Shown: in pieces, positions 1-9,100 of the stretch
How the letters are laid out: each line of letters begins with the position of its first letter
Position numbering within the stretch: position 1 is the stretch's first letter
IMG/VR virus record: IMGVR_UViG_3300047400_000090
Span: 1 to 64,000 of that record
From: a virus
Taxonomy: Duplodnaviria; Caudoviricetes
Reading direction: 5' to 3' (one strand)
Length of the DNA stretch: 64,000 nt
Notes under the pieces: model-generated
Database searches by the model: none
Seen by the model: the letters and a program-made list of their open reading frames with translations, nothing else
Told to the model about the DNA's origin: nothing
Made by a program: the position numbers and the translations under genes

Positions 1-1
1 C

Positions 2-295
2 CGACAGGTCGTAATTCCACATCTTAGCATAAGCCTGATTAGCGTACACCTGTGGATCTGATCCACCCGCAGCAATTGCCTTTTCGTAGGCATCTAGGCT
101 GCCAGCAATGTCACCGTTAGCCTTTAGACGAGCTACACCAAGGGCGTTATAAAGCTCGGCATCACCCACTCCTCCAGTTCCGCTAGAGATTACGTTCTCA
201 AGGATTTGTACCGAGACATCAGGCTTATACTCTCCAATAATGGAGGCAATTTCATAGAGCGACCGATTATCGATTCTTACTGACGTTGAGCCCAC
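2..295 (-). CDS. TPR-repeat protein, runs off the window edge
   Basis: Manual translation from GTG 295: ...AELYNALGVARLKANGDIAGSLDAYEKAIAAGGSDPQVYANQAYAK, a TPR-like pattern; not in the ORF track. Confidence 0.5.
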   Translation of the reverse strand, partial: MGSTSVRIDNRSLYEIASIIGEYKPDVSVQILENVISSGTGGVGDAELYNALGVARLKANGDIAGSLDAYEKAIAAGGSDPQVYANQAYAKMWNYDLS

Positions 296-735
296 TTCAT
301 CACCTCCGCCAATGGTAGTTTCCCCGAGGGATACAACTTAATAGTCATTGCCTTGTGATCCCCTTCTTCCGCCGGAACAATCAGCTTAGGGCCGTTGAAG
401 TTCCTGATGTTGTCATCCTGAATAACCTTGGCCTTAACCAAGTAGTCCAGGACTGTAGTAAAAGCGCCGTCGATATCCATTGCCATCGACTTCTTTGGGA
501 CAATAGCACTAAAGACTACCGCAGGACTCTTTAGGCGCAATCCCTGCATCTCCCAGGGGATCTGAGATAAGGCTTGATCTTCAGCCTCTTTTACGAAGGC
601 AGGTTTATAAGGCCGTCCATTAGCCCCGAAGCGATAGCGGTTCTTCTTTGACTGAGTATCGCCGTAGATTGTAATTACTAACTCTTCTTCCATCGACCTA
701 CCAGTCTGTGCTTCTCTGAGTGACAACCAGCGCAA
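277..735 (-). CDS. rusA: RusA-like Holliday junction resolvase
   Basis: SKKN N-terminal motif, DIDG...D.L...VIQDD acidic motifs typical of RusA. Confidence 0.7.
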   Translation of the reverse strand: MRWLSLREAQTGRSMEEELVITIYGDTQSKKNRYRFGANGRPYKPAFVKEAEDQALSQIPWEMQGLRLKSPAVVFSAIVPKKSMAMDIDGAFTTVLDYLVKAKVIQDDNIRNFNGPKLIVPAEEGDHKAMTIKLYPSGKLPLAEVMKWAQRQ

Positions 736-1055
736 AGCGTCTGAAGGTTATCTAGGTTATCCTTGCCGCCACGGGAGCGCTCTACAACGTGATCACAATG
801 AAGGTCTCGCCTAGACCCACAGTTGCAACAACTCCACTTATCCCTTAGGAAGACCTCGTTTGAGCGATGTCTCCACCACATGTCATACAAAGCCTGCATT
901 GCCCTAGGCTTAGACTTGATAGTTGTACACAGGGCCAACTCTCCAAACTCTTTGTGAGGTATAACAATTGCGTAAGTTGATGATTCTCCAACGCTTATGT
1001 TTGTAGTTACCTTGCCGCCAGTCTTATTCTCCAGGGTTGATTGATTCATAATCAA
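678..1055 (-). CDS. HNH endonuclease
   Basis: RDKWSCCNCG...DHVVERSRGG.D..DNLQTLCAGCHSEKH. Confidence 0.85.
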   Translation of the reverse strand: MIMNQSTLENKTGGKVTTNISVGESSTYAIVIPHKEFGELALCTTIKSKPRAMQALYDMWWRHRSNEVFLRDKWSCCNCGSRRDLHCDHVVERSRGGKDNLDNLQTLCAGCHSEKHRLVGRWKKS

Positions 1056-1896
1056 TTACCGTATTATCGGCCTTTAGCGCCCAGACCGAGAAGCACTCCT
1101 GAATGGCGTATCCGAAAATAACGCTTGGATCCGACGTCCCGCACCGCTCATGGACATCCTTGTTATTTACAAAGGAGTCCCATAGCTTAACTGTCTCTAC
1201 ATCGGTCTTGATCTTAATGATACTAGGCAGCAAGAACGTCTTAGGTGCCACACCAGCCGCGTCCAACTTATCAACAATCTGCCTATAGGTAGCCCCCTCA
1301 GTGATAGGCAAAAGCTCCCTGCGCTTCTTGATTACGGCCTGACGCACCGACTCGTCGGCTTTCTTAGGCAAAGGTACAGCGCGAGAGATCAGAGACAGCT
1401 TATCAATGCCGATGGTGTTGATAATAGAAGGGTTAAAGTCTTCCCATTGCTTACTAAACTGATAGATCCCCCACAGCAGTGACCGGCTAACCCCATAACG
1501 CTTAGGGGCTACATGATTCAGGAATTGGGTATGATTCTCGCAGCCGATAGCCATCATGAGGTCTGGACGATTGAGCATAATAGTCATCATGCGAGCAATC
1601 ATCGGCTTAGTCAACTCCTTGGCGTAATACCACTTATCATGAGCAGTAGATAACAGTTTGAACCCATAGTCGAACTGCTCAAGGGTGATATCCTCAGGGA
1701 TTTTCATGTCGATAACTTCTTTGTTATCTACATTTTTAATGATGTCACACAGGAACTCAGCGTCTTCTCCCGTGATCCCTGCGGCGTTCAGCGCGGCAAG
1801 CTCGGTCTTATCCGTCATGGGGACAAGCTCTACGTCGTCTCGTTTCAGTCTTTGAATTCCAGTTGCCATTAAATCCTCATTGTAGCGATACTGCAA
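1024..1896 (-). CDS. hypothetical protein, possible helical DNA-binding domain; likely start ATG 1869
   Basis: Long ORF in operon orientation; no firm motif. Confidence 0.55.
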   Translation of the reverse strand: MQYRYNEDLMATGIQRLKRDDVELVPMTDKTELAALNAAGITGEDAEFLCDIIKNVDNKEVIDMKIPEDITLEQFDYGFKLLSTAHDKWYYAKELTKPMIARMMTIMLNRPDLMMAIGCENHTQFLNHVAPKRYGVSRSLLWGIYQFSKQWEDFNPSIINTIGIDKLSLISRAVPLPKKADESVRQAVIKKRRELLPITEGATYRQIVDKLDAAGVAPKTFLLPSIIKIKTDVETVKLWDSFVNNKDVHERCGTSDPSVIFGYAIQECFSVWALKADNTVIDYESINPGE

Positions 1897-2900
1897 ACAA
1901 CTTCTAGCCCCTTAGTGGATCCCTTTAAGATAACGTGGTCGGACTTAGCGAGCTTAATTGACTCAGACTCTACCGAACCAAGGAAGTCTAGAACATACTT
2001 AGAGTTTACCTTAAAAACCATCCCTGGAGCAACCTGAGGGCAATCTACCTCGCTATCCACTCCTCCGTCGGCGACATCCTCCGAAGAAACCGACAGACAC
2101 CCTACGTCAGACTTAACTACAAACGGTGCAAAATCCCGCTCCTTCGAGAACTGGGATGCCGCCCTAATCGCCGCCCCGAAGGACCGTACTTCTACTTCAC
2201 TAAACGGCAGGTCGCCCATTAGCTTCGGAACGATCTTCTCAACCTCTACCTGCTTCCTAGATAGCTTCCTATGGGTAAAAGTAACCCCTCCTCCGCGAAC
2301 AGAGATCGAGTTGTCTCCAATAGCTACCTCCAGATTCCCAGTTAGACCACCCATAGCTCGCACCAGACGAACAGGGATAGTATTACCGATCAACTGGTCC
2401 ACCTTTGACATAACACAGAAGGCCATGGCACTACTGTCGTGCCCACAGACTACCATTCCCTTACCTAGCGGCCTAATACTCGCCCCCTCGGAGAAGAAAT
2501 TGCCCTGTAGATTGTCGCGCCTTGGAATGATAGACACAACAGCCATAGCAGCAGTAACGACATCTATTGGAAAATCACTCCAGGACTGGAGTGATTCTGT
2601 CTCAGGTACTGCCGACTCTTCTGACAGCGGTAGCCGAATAACAGACCTACCTACCTTTATTACCGCAGAGCCCTTATTGATTGAGATATCAACCATCCCG
2701 GTAGCAGAACCTTTCAGGACCGATAGCAGCCTAGCCATAGGCAAAACAAAGACCTCCTCACCGGCCCCCTGGATAGCCACAGAGACAGACATCGACGGCC
2801 CCACTGAGGAAATCTTACCAGGAGTTACTTTAACTAGTCCATTGTTACCCAGGGAGCAGTTCTCAAGTGCAGAGAGAAGAATCTTATGGTCTATTTTCAC
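1869..2900 (-). CDS. dnaN: DNA polymerase III beta sliding clamp homolog
   Basis: 343 aa, three-domain pattern, GHDSSAMA (ATDxxRL-like), FKVNSKYVLDFL C-terminal motif. Confidence 0.8.
   Translation of the reverse strand: MKIDHKILLSALENCSLGNNGLVKVTPGKISSVGPSMSVSVAIQGAGEEVFVLPMARLLSVLKGSATGMVDISINKGSAVIKVGRSVIRLPLSEESAVPETESLQSWSDFPIDVVTAAMAVVSIIPRRDNLQGNFFSEGASIRPLGKGMVVCGHDSSAMAFCVMSKVDQLIGNTIPVRLVRAMGGLTGNLEVAIGDNSISVRGGGVTFTHRKLSRKQVEVEKIVPKLMGDLPFSEVEVRSFGAAIRAASQFSKERDFAPFVVKSDVGCLSVSSEDVADGGVDSEVDCPQVAPGMVFKVNSKYVLDFLGSVESESIKLAKSDHVILKGSTKGLEVVCSIATMRI
2573..2596. promoter_or_regulatory. dispersed palindrome copy (perfect)
   Basis: AATCACTCCAG-GA-CTGGAGTGATT, inside clamp gene. Confidence 0.85.
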
Positions 2901-3172
2901 AAGATTAGCTTGGTGGGTGGAGTAAACTCAATAGCCTCAGCGGTTCCCATGTCTGGGATTAACTCAAAGACATTAGCCCCAGGGATCAAGATTGTCCCAT
3001 TGGGAAACTTGGCGGAAGACTTGATGGTAATATCAACATCAGGCGTCCTGAATCGCTCATCGAGCAACTTCTCTAAGAACTTCCAGGCATCCCCAACTTC
3101 CTTCTCTGAGACGTAGGCGGCCTGTACCGTAACACCCCTGGGCGACTTGAACTCCAGTAAAAATCTAAACAT
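2897..3172 (-). CDS. hypothetical protein
   Basis: Overlap-coupled to the clamp gene. Confidence 0.6.
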   Translation of the reverse strand: MFRFLLEFKSPRGVTVQAAYVSEKEVGDAWKFLEKLLDERFRTPDVDITIKSSAKFPNGTILIPGANVFELIPDMGTAEAIEFTPPTKLIL

Positions 3173-3175
3173 TCC

Positions 3176-4543
3176 TTAATCTCCTGTCCTACTCACAAAC
3201 CTAAAGGCATCTCCCTGATAGGTAACCTTTACCACCCCCTGCGGTCCACGGCGTTGCTTTGCAATAATTAACTCGTCACCTGGAGGAGGGATATTAGCCT
3301 TTTTCCAGTTTATACTAGGCCGATGGGTAAAGACAACCAAATCTGCCGCCTGCTCAATTTCGCCGGACTCCCTAAGGTCGCTCAACTGTGGCCGATTATC
3401 CCCACCGATGCGCTGCTCTACGGCACGACTTAATTGAACCGCCGCCATAATAATAGCCTTGAACTCCATCGACAACTCCTTGAGTCCACGGGCGATAGTA
3501 GACACCTCCTGGAAGCGATTGTCTTTATTGTTGGGAGACTTCATTAACTGCAGGTAGTCTACACAAACCATCCCCACCTGCCCAAACTTAGCCTTGGTCC
3601 TAGCTAACTCGCTACGAAGTTGGAGAAGCGTCTTCCCACCTGAGTCTGAGACCCGCAAGTTCCTGGGGGCTGACATCTTAATGTACTGCTTAATTTTCTC
3701 CATCTCGGTAGGAGAAACCGTGTTGTGTTGGATGTCGTGTGATCTTACTAGCCCCTGCTGACAGAGGATTCTTCTCCAAATATCCCAAGCCTCCATCTCA
3801 TGAGAAAAGAACGATACCGGGATGGTCTCTGCAGCCTTAAAGGCACACTGAATAAGGTAGGCAGTCTTACCACCTCCAGGACGAGCGCCGATGCAAATTA
3901 ACTGCCCCTCTCCGAAGCTGGCTACAAGCTCGTTTAGCTCTGGAGTGGGGCTCTTTACCCCGGAATTCTCAGGGCTAAGGATGGACTCAATTGTCCCAGC
4001 CCTTGAGACCATTTGGTCGATATCAAAGAGGGTATCGTTCTTGATCGCCGTACCAGATAGCCGCTTAATAGCCTCTTCGGCTTGGCCGATTAACTCGTCA
4101 CTACTCTTTCCCTCAGAGATAGAGGAATCGATTCTCTTGGCGAATCCCAGAATCTGCCGAATTACGTGCAGGTCGTGGATGGTATGGCACGCCGCCTCGA
4201 CGTCTAATCCCTCGTCTTGCTCCCTTAGGACATTATGAAGCGCCTCATCGTAGTCTTCCGGCTCAATCTCCAGATTGCTTGATCGTTTAGCGTTAGCCAG
4301 GATTACGTCTTTGTCGGGGAATCGTCCCTCCTTGTGGGCCTTCTCAATTAGGCCGTAGAAGACGCTCAGGCGTGGATCCGAGAAGGATTCAGCCTGAAGA
4401 TTAGAGGTTACGGTCTGAAGGCATGATGGACGCCGAAAGCAGGCTGCAATGAGCTTATTTTCTAACGGTTTAGAGGATGTGCGTACTGATCCATCGCCGA
4501 GGGATTCAATAGTATCAGCCTCAATTGCTCTCTTCTTAGGCAT
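3176..4543 (-). CDS. dnaB: replicative DNA helicase DnaB
   Basis: GARPGGGKT Walker A, FSHEM, VDYLQLM, QLSRAVE, DLRESGEIEQAAD, IAKQRRGP. Confidence 0.95.
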   Translation of the reverse strand: MPKKRAIEADTIESLGDGSVRTSSKPLENKLIAACFRRPSCLQTVTSNLQAESFSDPRLSVFYGLIEKAHKEGRFPDKDVILANAKRSSNLEIEPEDYDEALHNVLREQDEGLDVEAACHTIHDLHVIRQILGFAKRIDSSISEGKSSDELIGQAEEAIKRLSGTAIKNDTLFDIDQMVSRAGTIESILSPENSGVKSPTPELNELVASFGEGQLICIGARPGGGKTAYLIQCAFKAAETIPVSFFSHEMEAWDIWRRILCQQGLVRSHDIQHNTVSPTEMEKIKQYIKMSAPRNLRVSDSGGKTLLQLRSELARTKAKFGQVGMVCVDYLQLMKSPNNKDNRFQEVSTIARGLKELSMEFKAIIMAAVQLSRAVEQRIGGDNRPQLSDLRESGEIEQAADLVVFTHRPSINWKKANIPPPGDELIIAKQRRGPQGVVKVTYQGDAFRFVSRTGD

Positions 4544-5156
4544 TGACTAACTTAAGAAATTCATCCTTCCCTCTTTGGCGCACAAAGTCATCTGGATCGA
4601 TCCCTACAGGCAGCCTGACGTAACTAATGGGGTGTTTCTCTTCAGTTAAGCCCTCTACGGCGCGTTGGGCAGCGATTACACCGGCGTTATCCCCATCGTA
4701 GCAGACAATAACTCGCTCACTGAATCTCTTAAGCAATCTTAATTGATGCTTTGAGAAAGATGTTCCGCAGGTCGCTACCACATTCCTAATCCCTGCCTGC
4801 CATAGGGCCATAACATCAAAATAGCCCTCGCAGGCAATAGCTACCCCTGACTTCAGGATGTAGTCCCTAGACTTATCTAGTGCGTAAAGTTGCCGTGATT
4901 TCCTGTAAATTTGTGATTCTGATGAGTTTATCCACTTTGGCTTGTCGTCGCCAAGGGTCCTGGCACCAAAGCCGGTCAAGTCTCCATCGACGCTATAGCA
5001 GGGGATCGTAAGCCTGCCACTAAAAGGTCCAGTAGTTTCACAGAACCCGACCCCAAACTCCTTGGCCGTGGAGGCAGTAATTCCTCGCCCAGACAGGTAC
5101 TCCAGTGCTGTGGTGTTGACTGATTCGTAGGCTTTTTGTTCGTCGTAGAGTGTCAT
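4536..5156 (-). CDS. dnaG: DNA primase catalytic core/Toprim domain, lacking the Zn-finger
   Basis: YLSGRGI, GRLTIP, KWINS, CEGYFDV, YDGDNAG, DPDDF. Confidence 0.9.
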   Translation of the reverse strand: MTLYDEQKAYESVNTTALEYLSGRGITASTAKEFGVGFCETTGPFSGRLTIPCYSVDGDLTGFGARTLGDDKPKWINSSESQIYRKSRQLYALDKSRDYILKSGVAIACEGYFDVMALWQAGIRNVVATCGTSFSKHQLRLLKRFSERVIVCYDGDNAGVIAAQRAVEGLTEEKHPISYVRLPVGIDPDDFVRQRGKDEFLKLVNA

Positions 5157-5335
5157 AAGTACTCATTAAACCTCGCAACGTAAGGAGGCGACTTTAGCCG
5201 TAGAAAGTCGCTTTCTCCACACAGCGTAGTCATAACCTTTCTACCTTGACTAGCCCCACTCCAACCGCCGAACCCGCCACTGGCTCCTAGGTTACGCCAC
5301 CGTGGATTTAAACATGCCCACAAAAGATTGGTCAT
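5153..5335 (-). CDS. array-1 short ORF (MTNLLWACLNPRW)
   Basis: ATGA overlaps on both sides; paralog of the neighbouring ORF. Confidence 0.55.
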   Translation of the reverse strand: MTNLLWACLNPRWRNLGASGGFGGWSGASQGRKVMTTLCGESDFLRLKSPPYVARFNEYL

Positions 5336-5460
5336 GGCTTGTACCTCTGGATATATGGAGCCTTTGTTATCAGATACTTAGCGTAGCAGAGTTTAGTGAG
5401 GTGGGGACCCATAAAAGTGAGACTCCACCTAGGGTTAAAACAAGCCCATAACAAAGTCAT
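5332..5460 (-). CDS. array-1 short ORF (MTLLWACFNPRW)
   Basis: Internal ATG of track ORF 5332..5544; shares LLWAC.NPRW with neighbour. Confidence 0.5.
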   Translation of the reverse strand: MTLLWACFNPRWSLTFMGPHLTKLCYAKYLITKAPYIQRYKP

Positions 5461-5632
5461 AATTCTCTTTAATATCCAATTGGCTATATCTAGCAAAACT
5501 TGCGCCTTCCGTAATGTCGTCGCAACAGCAGTTGACAACTCCAAGACCAGAAACCTTGTTAGCGTTAAGCCTACAACTAGACAAGTATTTCCAACTAGTC
5601 GCCGAGGCTGCCAGCATCATCCATGGCCTCAT
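5435..5632 (-). CDS. array-1 short ORF (MRPWMML)
   Basis: ATGA overlap; M-R-x-W start. Confidence 0.55.
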   Translation of the reverse strand: MRPWMMLAASATSWKYLSSCRLNANKVSGLGVVNCCCDDITEGASFARYSQLDIKENYDFVMGLF

Positions 5633-5811
5633 CGCGTCACCCTGGTGGACATTCCATAAATCGTAATCTGATCAAGCCTAGCCTGCAAGCCATCAAGAAT
5701 AACAGAGCAACCACGACCACCTAGGCCATTAACCAGACTACTGTTAAACTTAGCTGCCGACCAGTATTGTGAGCGAAACACAGATGGGCACAGCGTCATC
5801 CAGCACTTCAT
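5629..5811 (-). CDS. array-1 short ORF (MKCWMTLCPS)
   Basis: ATGA overlap; MKxW..L.PS motif. Confidence 0.6.
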   Translation of the reverse strand: MKCWMTLCPSVFRSQYWSAAKFNSSLVNGLGGRGCSVILDGLQARLDQITIYGMSTRVTR

Positions 5812-6038
5812 CGGCGTACTAGCATCAGCAACTTAGTCTTAGGGAAGTCTCCTTGATTAATGGAAGATTCAAGCATCGGTATCCTAGAGTAGGATATTGG
5901 TAGCATTCTTATTCCCGCCATAAAACACCCTAAAACACCAAGGATATTGCCATTAACATAAGACTGCCGCACGTGCGGAATTGTCTGACAATAGAGTGTT
6001 CGATTGAACGACGGATCCAGTGTAAGCCAAGATTTCAT
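5808..6038 (-). CDS. array-1 short ORF (MKSWLTLDPS)
   Basis: ATGA overlap; MKxW..L.PS motif. Confidence 0.6.
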   Translation of the reverse strand: MKSWLTLDPSFNRTLYCQTIPHVRQSYVNGNILGVLGCFMAGIRMLPISYSRIPMLESSINQGDFPKTKLLMLVRR

Positions 6039-6247
6039 CGCTTCACCAAGCGTAATAATCCAGTAATCACCGTAGCTCCAGTGATGTCTGAATCAAGCGT
6101 TCTGTAAAATGACATGCGGAGACTTGCACAACAAGTGCTACTAGTGAAACCAAAATCTCGCAGGAGCTTAAACATACCAACATAATTCAGGGGAGAATAG
6201 TAGGTAGATGCATGAAACGAAGGAGTTATCATTAGCCATGATTTCAT
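6035..6247 (-). CDS. array-1 short ORF (MKSWLMITPS)
   Basis: MKxW...PS motif. Confidence 0.6.
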   Translation of the reverse strand: MKSWLMITPSFHASTYYSPLNYVGMFKLLRDFGFTSSTCCASLRMSFYRTLDSDITGATVITGLLRLVKR

Positions 6248-6251
6248 GCGT

Positions 6252-6449
6252 CTATCCCCTTACCGGGAAATCGTAACAAGCCAAGAAACACATTTTGCTT
6301 CTATGTAAAACAGCAGTAGGATCAGACGCAAAGCTAGTCATCGATCCATCCTTTAATAAATTACGCCTAACCAACTTGGAATCGAATCTGCAGTACGAGG
6401 CATAACGATTCTTGTATAAGGACGGCAGAAGATAATTCCACACCTTCAT
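6252..6449 (-). CDS. array-1 short ORF (MKVWNYLLPS)
   Basis: ATGA overlap with the CHC2 gene; MKxW...PS motif. Confidence 0.6.
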   Translation of the reverse strand: MKVWNYLLPSLYKNRYASYCRFDSKLVRRNLLKDGSMTSFASDPTAVLHRSKMCFLACYDFPVRG

Positions 6450-7108
6450 GCACTCGCCCCCTTTAGCCTACTAACCATTTCTAGGCGGTGTCCCTTGAGG
6501 CACCATGCAGGGTTCTTCAGTCCCTCCCAGGACTTCCTCGTCCTGAAGTACTCGGTCAGTTCCTTGTCATTGATTTCATCGAGTTGATCCATGGCAGCCT
6601 CTCTACGGGTAGCTTCAGTATAAGCCAACATGGCCTGAGACTCCAACTCCTCGGTAAAGGTCTCCATCAACTGCCGACAGGCGACACGGTAAATCTTCCA
6701 CTGGGCATTAGTATAGATCACCAAGTTCTCCCTCAGTTCCTTCTTCCACGCCCTAACAGCCTTCCTCTCCACCGCCAGCCGCTTACTACGCGCCTCATAG
6801 ACCTCCCTCTGGGATGGAGTCATGAAGTCTGTACTAACCCCAGCAATCACGGCAGCCTGCTTCAGCGCCTCGCTAAAGCTAACCCCCATAATCCCCTGGA
6901 GGTAGGTAATACAATCTCCCTTGGCGTTGCAACTATAGCACTTGTACCGTCCCCAGGAGTCATCTACACAGAAACTGGGGTTCTTCTCCTGGTGAAACGG
7001 ACACAGCCCAACCCATCGGTCTTTGTTGCTAGTTCTCCTCAGTGAGACCTGCTGTGAGACTAACTGGGAAAGAACGATGTTTGACTTGATTAGGTCAATA
7101 TCGACCAT
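6446..7108 (-). CDS. CHC2 zinc-finger protein (DnaG N-terminal domain) with helical C-terminal extension
   Basis: GLCPFHQEKNPSF...YKCYSCNAKGD. Confidence 0.9.
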   Translation of the reverse strand: MVDIDLIKSNIVLSQLVSQQVSLRRTSNKDRWVGLCPFHQEKNPSFCVDDSWGRYKCYSCNAKGDCITYLQGIMGVSFSEALKQAAVIAGVSTDFMTPSQREVYEARSKRLAVERKAVRAWKKELRENLVIYTNAQWKIYRVACRQLMETFTEELESQAMLAYTEATRREAAMDQLDEINDKELTEYFRTRKSWEGLKNPAWCLKGHRLEMVSRLKGASA

Positions 7109-8349
7109 TACAGCCTCTCAATTAAGTACCGCTGCGCCTCAGCCATCGACTTGCCGCAGCAGTCCTGCAGGTAATCCGAATCAACCATCTTGCTTCCGTT
7201 ATTGATTCTGAACCATAACTCTGTTAATTGCAACAGGTTAGCAGGCTTAAACTCAAGGCGATAGTCGATGCGGCCAGGGCGGATGAGGGCCGGATCCAGC
7301 TTATCAATGCGATTAGTAGTCATAAATAGCAAGGTGCCCTCAATGGACCCCATGCCATCTAAGCAGTTAAGAAGCGCAGATAGCGAAACACCCTTGCGCT
7401 CTGGGGATAATTCCCGGTCAGGGGCTACACAGTCTGCGTCTTCGATTAGGATAATTGACCCCTTGCGAATCTCGCTAAAGAGGTACTCCAGGCGGTCGTC
7501 ATCCATGCCACTGCTTCCTAGGCTCAGGACGTACATGTCCATCTTAAGCTCACCAGCCAATGCCGCAATCAGGCTGCTTTTGCCGGAGCCAGCCACCCCA
7601 TGGAAGAGGTACCCACGGTGCCATGGGATACCTAGTTGCTTATACCACTCGCTGGAGTTAATAAACTTCTTGGCGTCTTCCAGGAGGGCATCCTTTTCTC
7701 CCTGGGGAAGAATTACGCTATCCATGGCCCTAGGGCTGACTTCCTTGTAGGATCTCCAGTTCCCGTAGACCGAGTTATAGATTTTGATGCTAGAGCGAAC
7801 CTTGAAAGAAGCCATGGAGGCATCTCGGATGATCTGCTTAGCCTTCTCGGTGGAACGAGTAAAGACTTTAACAGAGATAGTCTCAAGCATCCTTCCACCG
7901 CCAGAGACCTTAGAGGCGGAGCCCATTTCGTCTTTATGGCGGTCAATTCTGATTACTTGTCCGTTGACATAAACCCAATGAATTCCTATAGATGGAGAGA
8001 AAATAACAGTTGGTGGCTCTTTCGCAGCAGGGTCATGATCAGGGATAGCGTCAATGATTGAAGTCACTCCAGTCCTGGAGTTCCCGAAGTTATCCACAGT
8101 GGTAGCCTCAAGCCGCCTAGAACGGCTAGAGTATTCCAACTTCGACATCCACAGGGATAGACTATCAAACAGCGGGTCTGAGTTTCTGACGTGGATATCA
8201 ACACTGATTCTACGGACCAGCCAATAGAAAATCTCCGATGGGATCTTGCGTGCTAGGGCCATTACGGCACCGGCAGCCATGACAATTAGGCCGCCAGAAA
8301 CAAACTGGTTCTGAAGCTGATCGGTTAAGGAGCCAAGAAGAGGAATCAT
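7108..8349 (-). CDS. BCS1-like AAA+ ATPase with N-terminal transmembrane segment
   Basis: GYLFHGVAGSGKSS, LIEDADC, LSALLNCLDG, MTTN, LDPALIRPGRID; hydrophobic GGLIVMAAGAVMALA. Confidence 0.85.
   Translation of the reverse strand: MIPLLGSLTDQLQNQFVSGGLIVMAAGAVMALARKIPSEIFYWLVRRISVDIHVRNSDPLFDSLSLWMSKLEYSSRSRRLEATTVDNFGNSRTGVTSIIDAIPDHDPAAKEPPTVIFSPSIGIHWVYVNGQVIRIDRHKDEMGSASKVSGGGRMLETISVKVFTRSTEKAKQIIRDASMASFKVRSSIKIYNSVYGNWRSYKEVSPRAMDSVILPQGEKDALLEDAKKFINSSEWYKQLGIPWHRGYLFHGVAGSGKSSLIAALAGELKMDMYVLSLGSSGMDDDRLEYLFSEIRKGSIILIEDADCVAPDRELSPERKGVSLSALLNCLDGMGSIEGTLLFMTTNRIDKLDPALIRPGRIDYRLEFKPANLLQLTELWFRINNGSKMVDSDYLQDCCGKSMAEAQRYLIERL
8062..8085. promoter_or_regulatory. dispersed palindrome copy
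   Basis: AGTCACTCCAG-TC-CTGGAGTTCCC, inside BCS1-like gene. Confidence 0.75.
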
Positions 8350-8633
8350 TGAGGAGTGTTGGACTTAAGCGTAGATGGGTGATTCTTTTGATCCATGTAG
8401 TTCTGTAGTGCGCCAAACAACTGAACCGCCTGGACTTTATCCTGCAGGCAAATGGCGTTAGTATCTCCAGCCCATGAGATGTCGTTCCTGATACAGACTA
8501 AGTCACCATGCTCCTCTAGGTAGTATTCCTTAATCCGATGAGAATCGTACACAAACGGAGCAAAGAAGGCCAGTACTAGAACCACCAACAAAGCCAAGAT
8601 TGTCGTGTCTAGTTTCTTTTCGTAATCAGTCAT
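8346..8633 (-). CDS. small membrane protein
   Basis: ILALLVVLVLAFFAPFVY transmembrane segment. Confidence 0.6.
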   Translation of the reverse strand: MTDYEKKLDTTILALLVVLVLAFFAPFVYDSHRIKEYYLEEHGDLVCIRNDISWAGDTNAICLQDKVQAVQLFGALQNYMDQKNHPSTLKSNTPQ

Positions 8634-8943
8634 TCAACAACTCTCTTTCAATAATCTCAAGTGCCTTAGCACGGGCCGCCAGAAGCGCATTAAGAGAGTC
8701 AGTTCCAGGATCCAGATCAGTCCATTCGCGGTTATGTCCAGCCAGTAAAACATCCCTTAGGCGGCGGATAACCGCGCTCCCTGGGCGCGTACTAGAAATT
8801 CCAGACAGGTGCGCTCTATCCTGGTTGGCACTGTTGGCGGCACTAACCAAATTAGAGAAACTAATCCTACCTACAACATTAACCACAGGTTCCTTCTCCA
8901 TTAGTCGGATTGCCCTCCTCGTCTTCCCACTCACTAACGTCAT
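8626..8943 (-). CDS. hypothetical protein
   Basis: Operon position. Confidence 0.5.
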   Translation of the reverse strand: MTLVSGKTRRAIRLMEKEPVVNVVGRISFSNLVSAANSANQDRAHLSGISSTRPGSAVIRRLRDVLLAGHNREWTDLDPGTDSLNALLAARAKALEIIERELLND

Positions 8944-9100
8944 CGATCAGACTCAAGTCTCCACCACAACGCTGGTAAGACAGGCCACCATCGACAAAGA
9001 TCTTACCACATGAGCACCGAACGAAGTCGTGCCGGTGTTTCGAGACAATTACATCTCCGCAAGCCTTACATTTCAAAGCATTTAAGACTAACTTAGCCAT
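8879..9100 (-). CDS. small Zn-binding phage protein
   Basis: CKACGD...HRHDFVRCSCG...VDGG pattern common in phages. Confidence 0.7.
   Translation of the reverse strand: MAKLVLNALKCKACGDVIVSKHRHDFVRCSCGKIFVDGGLSYQRCGGDLSLIDDVSEWEDEEGNPTNGEGTCG

Noticed and set aside
2573-2596. Palindrome as parS, dif, Chi, REP or terminator
   Set aside because: No match to those consensus sequences as I know them; 2-nt spacer is too short for an RNA hairpin loop and no U-tract follows
3176-4543. Intein or intron in DnaB or terminase
   Set aside because: DnaB is normal length with contiguous motifs; no intein splice-junction pattern or LAGLIDADG motif seen in either
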